Shown: one piece after another, positions 56,913 to 64,000 of the stretch
How positions within the stretch are numbered: the first letter of the stretch is position 1
Layout: every line of letters starts with the position of its first letter
Source of the DNA: an uncultured Alistipes sp.
GTDB lineage: Bacteria > Bacteroidota > Bacteroidia > Bacteroidales > Bacteroidaceae
DNA length: 64,000 bases
Direction: 5' to 3'
Assembly (NCBI GenBank): GCA_963590505.1
Contig: CAVAPC010000008.1
Location: 32,162 to 96,161 of the forward strand
Program-made: the position numbers and the translations under genes
Notes under the pieces: model-generated
Told to the model about the DNA's origin: nothing
What the model saw: the letters and a program-made list of their open reading frames with translations, nothing else
Databases searched by the model: none

Positions 56913-57422
56913 TTATTCTTTGTTTTTTGTTGCCATGTCCTTTAGTCGGCTCATGGAACGGTGCATCAGGTTGCGCACTGACTGGTAGTTTATTCCCATG
57001 ATACGGCATATGTCGTCGTATTTGCGGTGCTCTATATAGAAAAGGTGTATTATCTGTTGTTGTCTTGGCGAGAGATTGCTGACATATTGCTGCATGGCTA
57101 TATTGCGGTTGCGCTCCTCTTCGTTGCGCTCTATGTCGTATTCCTCGTAAGAGTCAATTAGCGGTTTCATGTTCTGGTCTGTGATTTCGTCGTCGCACAA
57201 GTGTGTTTGACGGCGGAATTCATCGTTTATTCTGTTGCGAAGCGAAACATAGAGGTACGACTCAATGTTGCCAACATTGCCAAGTTCGTTGCGTTTGTTG
57301 TAGAGTTTAACAAAAACATCTTGTATACAGTCTTTGATAAGTTCGCGATCGGCAGTGAACTTGTTGCCGAACATAAAGAGACTGTCGATGTGTTTGTCGT
57401 AGAGTTGGGTGAAGTTAATCAT
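56913..57422 (-). CDS. RNA polymerase sigma-70 family factor (ECF-like)
   Basis: 169 aa. Region 2-like IQDVFVKLYNKRNEL...YLYVSLRNRINDEFRR. Region 4 HTH LSPRQQQIIHLFYIEHRKYDDICRIMGINYQSVRNLMHRSMSRLK. Confidence 0.85.
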   Translation of the reverse strand: MINFTQLYDKHIDSLFMFGNKFTADRELIKDCIQDVFVKLYNKRNELGNVGNIESYLYVSLRNRINDEFRRQTHLCDDEITDQNMKPLIDSYEEYDIERNEEERNRNIAMQQYVSNLSPRQQQIIHLFYIEHRKYDDICRIMGINYQSVRNLMHRSMSRLKDMATKNKE

Positions 57423-57513
57423 AGATTTGTTTGATAATACTGCTTGCTAAGGCAGACATGCCATTGCCGCTGCATGCGGAAATATGTCTTGTAACAAAGA
57501 TTTTTTGTTGTTG

Positions 57514-57521
57514 CAAAGATA
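57514..57521 (-). promoter_or_regulatory. candidate -7 promoter box (TATCTTTG on the minus strand) for the sigma-factor gene
   Basis: Plus-strand CAAAGATA, 92 bp upstream of the ATG at 57422. Confidence 0.35.
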
Positions 57522-57593
57522 CTAAAAATTTGGTATAATTGCTTTAAATCAAGTCCTTTTTGATGGTAAAAACTGGTTTTTACATATAAAAAA

Positions 57594-57622
57594 CAGGTAT
57601 CGCAAGCTGTTTGCGATACCTG
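57594..57622 (-). terminator. Rho-independent terminator (minus strand)
   Basis: CAGGTATCGCAA (57594-57605) / TTGCGATACCTG (57611-57622), a perfect 12-bp stem with a 5-nt loop. On the minus strand it is followed by TTTTTTATATG. It lies 66 bp after the stop of the 1021-aa gene. Confidence 0.7.
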
Positions 57623-57687
57623 TGAAATGCGTTTTATGTTGCAAAGCATATTTTGACTTATGTCAATTCTTGTCCTTGCCTTTTATG

Positions 57688-60600
57688 CTATTTTATTTTC
57701 TCCAGCCAGTAGATTTTGTCCTTTTGCGGTTCCGGCAGTGTGTAGGTGCCGTTTGAATACACTTTTACGGCTATTCTTTTTACTGTGCCGTTTGTCCTGT
57801 CGACAGAGTTAATACGATAGTTTCCTGTTGCAACGTTTATGCTTTGTGGCTTGCCGCTATGACAGTAAACCACGTAGCCTGTTTCTGCTTCGCCCATCAC
57901 GTCATGCTCTTCGCCACTGCCGTTTCCTGAGATAGCTTTCATGTGTGCTGCGTCTTTAAGAAACTTGTTGTCGTTGACAGGGATGTTGGGAAGCGAACCG
58001 CCAGCCAACAGTATTGCCCAACCGTATTCGGGATATTGTTGTGCGAAGAACGTTATCGCTTTGTCGGGGAAACGGCTGGTGTATTCCCTGACGGCCTTGT
58101 AAGCCTCGGCGTAGCCGGTCTTTCCAACTTTCATCTTACGCATGAACTGACGCATTGCCATGTTCTTGCCGGCAGGTGGAGCCCATAGCCCGCTTGTGTT
58201 GTAATGCCAATAGCGTATGTCTATGATGTCTACTGTTTTCGACAGCACCGGATCGGCAAGAATTGAGTCTTGTGCGTCTTTAGGACAACTGAGGGCTACC
58301 ATCGGATGTCTGCCTGTTTCTGCCTCCCATTCGGCAATGGTCTCAAGCCAAAAACGCGTGAAGTGCAGTGGGCCGGTGTATTCCTTGCTTACTAGTTGCA
58401 CTACGTTGCCGTTGTCTTTCAATTGGTCGAGGCACATGCGAATGTATGTCTTGTGGAGAGGTCTTAGTGCGGGATCGTTCTCGTTGTAGAACTGTTCCGC
58501 CATGAATACGCGTTTGTCGCCTGCAAAGGGCACTGGCTCAGGGAAGCTTGTGCCGTTGATGTTGTTGACGGGACGCCATGGCGCATCTACCCAGTGTGCA
58601 CCCGCTTCGATGATGTTGTGCTGGAAGTAGTTCTCGTTGAAAAGCAGTATTCCGTCTTTTGCCCCGGCATTGGCAAACTGTCGCAGCCTTGTCCAGTACC
58701 ATTCGTTAGGCTTTGTAAGGTCGTATTTGCTCAGTCCGTCCCATGCCGTGCCTTTTCCGCTTCTTGCGAAAGGCTGCTCATAAAATGGAGCGGAAACTTC
58801 ACCGTCGGCACGTTTAACGCGTTCATGGTCAATGCGGCGCAGATCATACCACAAACCGTAGTGCTGGTCGAACATGCAGTAGCCCTGTTGGGTAAGAAAC
58901 GAAGCTACGGAATCTATCCTGTCTGTCCATCCTGTGCCCTCGCGCCCTGGCACGAATCGCGTTATTGCGGGCTTTGCACTTTTTTGTATGAAGTTGTCTT
59001 TTGTCCTGCCGTTCCACCATGGCGTAGCGTAGCTGTTGCCGGCAATCAGTCTGCCGTCTACTGTTATATGTCCGTTGTCGACTTTATATGCATACGAACT
59101 GTTGGATACGAATTTTGAAGGTTTTGCAGATTTAGTTCTTACGGCGTCTATGTCTTTAAGCCCACTTGAAGACAGACTTGCGGTATATGGTACGGAATCC
59201 TGCCACATTTCTATTGTAACACGTGGCGTGGTAACCGACTCCATGGCAAGCTTCTGAGCCTGTTCTATCGTAGGGCTGCTTGTGGCGGTGATATCTCTGT
59301 CGTAAATGTAACCGTCTATGCCGTTGCCTCCTGTGCGCTTTTTTAGCTGGTCGTAAAACAGGCTTCTTGGTTTGCAGGCATCGTTGCTGCCAGTCCATTC
59401 TCCATTTCCTGTCATTGTTCCCCAACAGGCGTTTGCGCTGCACTTGTTGTCTTCATCCGGCGAGTAGCAGAATATTGTTGAGGCGGTGCATTGCCAGAAC
59501 ATACTGTTTGCGGTTGTCCACCCCGTGCCCATCTGCCAGTTCTCCATGTTACGGAAAGACAAGTCGTTCCCCTCTATGTTCACCACATCGAAGAGGAGGC
59601 CTGCCGCCCATGAACCGATACTTCCACTGAAGCTTAATGCACCTTCGGCATCGCACTGAACGAAGGCGTTAGGCCCAGGAGCACAGTAGTCGGCGGCGAA
59701 GTCGTGGTAGCCGTCCTTTGAAACGCAGCGTTGCACAAGGTTCTGTTCCCCTCTTGTCAGAAACACGTTCCTTCGCCAGCCTCCGATTTCAGACACTGGC
59801 TCACTTGCCACGCAGTCTTCCACTGTTATGCGGCTTGTTTGCTTCTGCATGTTCACTGCACTGCCGGCAAAGTGGCGGAAGTTTACCCGTCTTGTCCAGC
59901 AGTCGCGTGCATTGTTTATCCACACGCCATCCCAACAGTGGTCTTCGTCTTTTGGATTCCATGAGTTGACGGTTGATTCAAGTGTCATGTTCTCCACACC
60001 ACATTCGCTTATTTCGCCTTTGTTGTATGTGGTAACAAGTATGGCACCACCGTAGCTGCTGTCTAAAGTTGTTGTAATAGGTGCATCCAGTGTAATGACG
60101 TTTCCGTTTACTTCTACAACAGTGCGGTTCCATCTAATGTCTATGTCTGTCGGTTTCCATCCTGTGTAGTCAAGAGATCCACCGTAGTCGTCACATTTTA
60201 GAGCGCTTATCCATTCCTTTGTAGAAGGTCTCAGAATCTGTACTCTCTCGCCAGCTTTCAGATTCGGGGCTGAACTAAGGCGGATTTGCGTGCTTCCCGC
60301 TTTTACTTTAGTGTCAACGTTCAGGGTGTCCCCCTTTGTCCATTGGCTTTTGCCCTCTATATATATAAGTGCCCCTCTGTCGTAACCTTCTTTCACGAGG
60401 GTGGTTCTGTTCTTTCCCATGCCGCGAAGCACTATTCCTGAGGTGCTTATTCTTAGCGGACGCTTGAGCCGGAAAATTCCCTCGCCGATCAGTATTGTGC
60501 CTCGAAGTCCGTTTTTGTCAGCTTTAAGCGAAGCTACGTAGTCTATTGCCTTCTGCAGTCGATCGCTTGCGTCGCCGTCTGTATATCCAACAGTTACAAC

Positions 60601-60753
60601 GTTTCTAACGTTGGGAATGTTCTTTTCCGATGCGTGGTATCCGCATGTTGAATAGTCCATCGGTATGAATATTTCCTTCTTGGGCTTACCTGCCAGGACG
60701 GCTGTGCTTGCGGCAGCGGCAAGCGACATCACTGCAATTGTTCTTACATTCAT
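57688..60753 (-). CDS. large secreted protein: N-terminal pectate-lyase-superfamily beta-helix-like domain plus uncharacterised C-terminal domain (putative glycanase)
   Basis: 1021 aa with a signal peptide. The N-terminus DASDRLQKAIDYVA...GTILIGEGIFRLKRPLRI...GIVLRGMG resembles the Pectate_lyase_3-type entry of beta-helix glycanases. The C-terminal half (WYDLRRIDHERV..., ILLFNENYFQHNIIEAGAHWVDAPWRP) has no family I can name. Confidence 0.45.
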   Translation of the reverse strand: MNVRTIAVMSLAAAASTAVLAGKPKKEIFIPMDYSTCGYHASEKNIPNVRNVVTVGYTDGDASDRLQKAIDYVASLKADKNGLRGTILIGEGIFRLKRPLRISTSGIVLRGMGKNRTTLVKEGYDRGALIYIEGKSQWTKGDTLNVDTKVKAGSTQIRLSSAPNLKAGERVQILRPSTKEWISALKCDDYGGSLDYTGWKPTDIDIRWNRTVVEVNGNVITLDAPITTTLDSSYGGAILVTTYNKGEISECGVENMTLESTVNSWNPKDEDHCWDGVWINNARDCWTRRVNFRHFAGSAVNMQKQTSRITVEDCVASEPVSEIGGWRRNVFLTRGEQNLVQRCVSKDGYHDFAADYCAPGPNAFVQCDAEGALSFSGSIGSWAAGLLFDVVNIEGNDLSFRNMENWQMGTGWTTANSMFWQCTASTIFCYSPDEDNKCSANACWGTMTGNGEWTGSNDACKPRSLFYDQLKKRTGGNGIDGYIYDRDITATSSPTIEQAQKLAMESVTTPRVTIEMWQDSVPYTASLSSSGLKDIDAVRTKSAKPSKFVSNSSYAYKVDNGHITVDGRLIAGNSYATPWWNGRTKDNFIQKSAKPAITRFVPGREGTGWTDRIDSVASFLTQQGYCMFDQHYGLWYDLRRIDHERVKRADGEVSAPFYEQPFARSGKGTAWDGLSKYDLTKPNEWYWTRLRQFANAGAKDGILLFNENYFQHNIIEAGAHWVDAPWRPVNNINGTSFPEPVPFAGDKRVFMAEQFYNENDPALRPLHKTYIRMCLDQLKDNGNVVQLVSKEYTGPLHFTRFWLETIAEWEAETGRHPMVALSCPKDAQDSILADPVLSKTVDIIDIRYWHYNTSGLWAPPAGKNMAMRQFMRKMKVGKTGYAEAYKAVREYTSRFPDKAITFFAQQYPEYGWAILLAGGSLPNIPVNDNKFLKDAAHMKAISGNGSGEEHDVMGEAETGYVVYCHSGKPQSINVATGNYRINSVDRTNGTVKRIAVKVYSNGTYTLPEPQKDKIYWLEKIK

Positions 60754-60836
60754 TTATTGTCTTCCTTATTTGTCTTTTCGTATGCCAATACGAATAGAAG
60801 ACGCCGTCGTATGCCGTAATGTAACCTATTTGCAGT

Positions 60837-62087
60837 CTATTGTTTTGTACCGCTCTTGGCCAACTGTGCTACGCTTTGATTGAAATCGTTTATTGCAGCT
60901 GCACGTTTCATCCTTGATTGGAATGCAGTTTGTAATGCTGCTGCATATTCAACATAGCCAATTTCCCCGTGTTCATATTCCAGTTGTGCCAATCTGCTAA
61001 TCTCTTCCGTCTGTTTAGCGTCTTCGCCATTGTAGAAGTCTATGCGCTTTTGGGCTTCATGACATTTGGCCATGTTTTCGGCATAATAGCGTTGCGATTC
61101 CATACGCTTCTGCTGAATCTGCATTTCCGCTGCCTCGCATTCACGTTTTGCAGCCTTCACCCGGGCTTTGGTCGCACTGAAGAACAAAGGCACGCCAATG
61201 CTTACTTCAAATCCCATGAAGTTGCCTCCATCGAAGCGTGAACGGTCTTGCTTGTATGGATTCCATGAAGATATTACCATTTGTGAACTGAGTTGCACCG
61301 ACAACGACGGTGCGTATCCACCTTTTGCAACGTTCACTGCACGTCTCAATGCGTTTAGTTGGTTTGCGTCATGTTCGGCTGCATCTGTGAGAGCATAGTT
61401 AAAACCGTCTTCGGGCAAGGGTAGGGGGATTAACTCCTTGCTGCTTGGCAAAACAGTGTAATCAACGTTCATCAACAGTTTGAGCCGTGTTTGGGCATTG
61501 GCCAAATCAATTTGGGCTGCTTGCAGTTCAATCTTGTTTTCATTCCTCATACGTTGCGCCGAAATCAGTTCCAGTCGGCTCGCTTCTCCTGCTGCATGAC
61601 GCTTGTTCGCCACATCGGTGTATCTTTTCAGCGTGGAGTCGTTGCTTTCAAATAGGCTTATACGTTCAGCATGGTATGCAAGCTCAGCATAAGCGGAAAT
61701 AACGTCAGCCATCAAACTGTTCTCTTCCATTTTCAGCATGCTGCGCTGCGCTTGTGTTTCAGCCTTTAGCTGGCGCCGGCGAGCTACATAAGTCGTAGGA
61801 AAGTCGATGCTCTGCTTGATGCTAAGTGCGTTGTCTGGGCTCCCGCCAGATGTGGGGTCTTGTGACAGAGAGAGCTCCGTGCGCTCTATGTCCCATGCCG
61901 TTCCTTCCATGGCACGGCGTTGTTCTACCTGTTTCGCTGCGGCATGCAATGCAAAACTGTTTTCTTTTGCTGTGGCCAAACAGTCGTTTAGCGTAATATA
62001 GCGTACAGTATTCTGTGCATGTGTGGTTGCAGCGAAAATAACCGCCGCAAACCACAAGATTGTTCTTTTCGTTGTTATGTATTTCAT
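60837..62087 (-). CDS. TolC-family outer membrane efflux protein
   Basis: The ORF is open to 62141, but the likely start is MKYITTKRTILWFAAVIFAATTHAQ at 62087. Two long helical repeats of TolC/CzcC style are present (LNDCLATAKENSFALHAA..., IDLANAQTRLKLLMN). It lies directly downstream of the RND pump gene. Confidence 0.8.
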   Translation of the reverse strand: MKYITTKRTILWFAAVIFAATTHAQNTVRYITLNDCLATAKENSFALHAAAKQVEQRRAMEGTAWDIERTELSLSQDPTSGGSPDNALSIKQSIDFPTTYVARRRQLKAETQAQRSMLKMEENSLMADVISAYAELAYHAERISLFESNDSTLKRYTDVANKRHAAGEASRLELISAQRMRNENKIELQAAQIDLANAQTRLKLLMNVDYTVLPSSKELIPLPLPEDGFNYALTDAAEHDANQLNALRRAVNVAKGGYAPSLSVQLSSQMVISSWNPYKQDRSRFDGGNFMGFEVSIGVPLFFSATKARVKAAKRECEAAEMQIQQKRMESQRYYAENMAKCHEAQKRIDFYNGEDAKQTEEISRLAQLEYEHGEIGYVEYAAALQTAFQSRMKRAAAINDFNQSVAQLAKSGTKQ

Positions 62088-62257
62088 TGTTTTAAGCATT
62101 GTTTCCGGCTTCAGGGACAACTGGGAATTATATAACCGCAAGTTGCGGAAGCTACGCCATGGGTTGTTGTTATATATATAAAGGTGAGAAGATATATATA
62201 TGCCAAGCTTTCGCTAAAGGCACGCTAAACAGTTTGTCTACTTGTGCTGCGCTAATG

Positions 62258-64000
62258 CTATGCTGGTACTTGCGCAGAAGCAATGTCATTGTTGTCTTCT
62301 CTAATCTCACGGCTGAACATTTTGTATATTGCAGGAAGTACGAACAGAGTGAGCAATGTAGACGTTACAAGTCCACCGATAACCACCGTTGCCAATGGTC
62401 TCTGCACTTCTGCTCCGTCGCCAGTAGAAAGTGCCATGGGCAGGAAGCCCATTGAGGCAACAAGGGCCGTCATCAACACAGGGCGTAAGCGTGTCATGCA
62501 ACTGAGCCGTATGCGCTCGTCAATGTCCTTTATGTCCTCGCGCTCCATGCGGTTCATTTGTCCTACAAGTACTATGCCGTTAAGCACAGCTACGCCGAAC
62601 AGGGCAATGAAACCCACCCCTGCCGATATGCTGAAAGGCATACCGCGCAGCCACAATGCCCACACACCACCAATTGCAGCCAGTGGTATGGCAGAGAATA
62701 CAAACAGCGATTCGCGTATGCTATGGAGAGTGGCGTAAAGCAGAAGCAGTATAACAATCAGCGCAACTGGTATCACAATCATTAATCTGTTGATTGCCGA
62801 CTGCATGTTTTGAAATTCCCCACCATAGGTATAGTAATATCCTTCAGGCAGCTTTAACTTACTGTCGAGCAGCCCTTGAATTTCTGCTACGGCAGACTTT
62901 ACATCGCGTCCCTTCACGTTGAATCCTACATATATGCGCCGTCCACCGTCCTCATGAGACACTTGGGCAGGAGCAGGCATAAACTTCACTTCGGCAATTT
63001 GGCTCAGTGGTATGCTGCCTTTGCCTGCCAATGGTATTTGGAGGGCCGCCAGTCTCTCGGCGTTGCGCTCTGAGGAATCTAGCCTCAGTACAAGATCGAA
63101 ACGCTTCTCGTCCTCATATACGCAGCCCGCAGTGCCGCCTGCAAAAGCAGTCTGAAGCAGACTGTTTGCATCGGCAATACTAACACCGTATTCTGCCATT
63201 CGTTCATGATTATATACCACCTGCAACTGTGGCAATCCTGACACTTCCTCAACGAATATACCGCTAACACCGTCAACACCGGATATGATGTTCTTTACCC
63301 TTTGTGCCTGTTGCGACAACGTTTCCATGTCGTTCCCGAATATCTTTATAGCTACATCTTGCTTTATGCCGGTAAGAAGTTCGTTGTTTCTCATCTGTAT
63401 CGGCTGCGATATCTCCGCTTCCATTCCAGGTATGTCTGCAAGCGCTTGACTCATCTTCTCCATCAATTCGCCTGTAGTATGGGCCGAAGTCCACTCTTCC
63501 TTAGGGGTAAGGGCCACCATTATATCGGCTCTTTCAACAGGCATAGGGTCGGTGGGAATCTCAGCGCTGCCGATACGACTCACCACTTGCTTTACTTCCG
63601 GGAATTTCTCACGTAGCAATTTTTCTGCTTTCGTACATGTCTGAACCATCTGTGGCAGAGACGTGCCCTGCTTCATGCTCATCTCTATGGCGAAATCACC
63701 TTCCTCGAGACTTGGAATGAACTCTCCGCCCAAATAGCTGAATGCCACAACACTCACGCAGAATAAAGCAATCGAAACGGTTAAAACATCGTTACGACGC
63801 TTTAGTGCAAAGGAGAGCATAGGCTCATACCATCGCTGCAGCCGCTCTATTAGCCGTTGGCTTACGCTTCGGCGCAGGCTTATGTTCCTGCTAAGAAACA
63901 AAGAACTGGCCATAGGCACATATGTGAGCGACAGAATGAATGCTCCGAGAATGGCGAAGAACACAGTGAGGGCCATCGGACGGAACATCTTGCCTTCAAT
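62258..64000 (-). CDS. RND efflux permease, CzcA/CusA-like, C-terminal part (N-terminus outside window)
   Basis: 576 aa visible, open to the window edge. RND TM bundle blocks include LTVFFAILGAFILSLTYVPMASS, and a periplasmic porter-domain-like region lies between the TM clusters. Terminal VIGGLVTSTLLTLFVLPAIY is typical of RND pumps. Confidence 0.85.
   Translation of the reverse strand: MEGKMFRPMALTVFFAILGAFILSLTYVPMASSLFLSRNISLRRSVSQRLIERLQRWYEPMLSFALKRRNDVLTVSIALFCVSVVAFSYLGGEFIPSLEEGDFAIEMSMKQGTSLPQMVQTCTKAEKLLREKFPEVKQVVSRIGSAEIPTDPMPVERADIMVALTPKEEWTSAHTTGELMEKMSQALADIPGMEAEISQPIQMRNNELLTGIKQDVAIKIFGNDMETLSQQAQRVKNIISGVDGVSGIFVEEVSGLPQLQVVYNHERMAEYGVSIADANSLLQTAFAGGTAGCVYEDEKRFDLVLRLDSSERNAERLAALQIPLAGKGSIPLSQIAEVKFMPAPAQVSHEDGGRRIYVGFNVKGRDVKSAVAEIQGLLDSKLKLPEGYYYTYGGEFQNMQSAINRLMIVIPVALIVILLLLYATLHSIRESLFVFSAIPLAAIGGVWALWLRGMPFSISAGVGFIALFGVAVLNGIVLVGQMNRMEREDIKDIDERIRLSCMTRLRPVLMTALVASMGFLPMALSTGDGAEVQRPLATVVIGGLVTSTLLTLFVLPAIYKMFSREIREDNNDIASAQVPA

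Noticed and set aside
60778-60795. Small hairpin TTCGTAT-GCCA-ATACGAA between the TolC-like gene and the 1021-aa gene
   Set aside because: The stem is only 7 bp and AT-rich, and there is no T-tract on the minus strand. It is too weak to call as a terminator or regulatory element.

Overview
This 64-kb window looks like Bacteroidota chromosome, probably Prevotellaceae-like. That placement is an inference from T9SS C-terminal sorting domains, a hybrid two-component regulator with an AraC tail, lipoprotein signal peptides and repeated TAnnTTTG -7 promoter boxes. All calls rest on motifs read by eye; no searches were run.

Layout:
- 1-12.3 kb (+): a pectin / rhamnogalacturonan-II-type glycanase block. 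It holds a beta-helix enzyme, an MFS sugar porter, a GH78-like rhamnosidase, an 890-aa lipoprotein hydrolase and a 1347-aa beta-propeller + GH2 + malectin fusion.
- 12.5-17.9 kb (-): a three-gene unit encoding an acid phosphatase, a TonB-dependent receptor and a beta-helix lipoprotein.
- 18.3-19.0 kb (+): an SGNH esterase.
- 19.5-45.4 kb (+): the dominant feature. It is a tightly packed run of 26 co-directional genes encoding a type II PKS/FAS-like lipid pathway of the aryl-polyene / flexirubin class. Parts seen are a FabG-type ketoreductase, three Cys-His-His ketosynthases (two carrying CLF-like C-terminal extensions), two hotdog dehydratases, a thioesterase, three ACPs, an O-methyltransferase and an adenylating enzyme. 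It also has one LpxL-type and three PlsC-type acyltransferase domains, a GT2, a LolA-like carrier, a small DMT protein, an MMPL exporter fusion and two CrtI-like flavoenzymes. Unexplained accessories are three small secreted paralog-like proteins and two secreted alpha/beta hydrolases.
- 45.5-51.8 kb: a PL1 pectate lyase, two T9SS cargo proteins, an SstT-like symporter and a secreted hypothetical protein.
- 52-56.4 kb (-): a 1475-aa hybrid two-component sensor.
- 56.7-64 kb (-): a sigma-70 family factor followed by a 46-aa ORF, a 1021-aa beta-helix protein, a TolC-like protein and a truncated CzcA/CusA-type RND pump.

I recognised no rRNA, tRNA, CRISPR array, transposase or integrase. The best candidate for an undescribed system is the aryl-polyene-like cluster and its non-canonical accessory genes. 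The core cluster class itself is already known.
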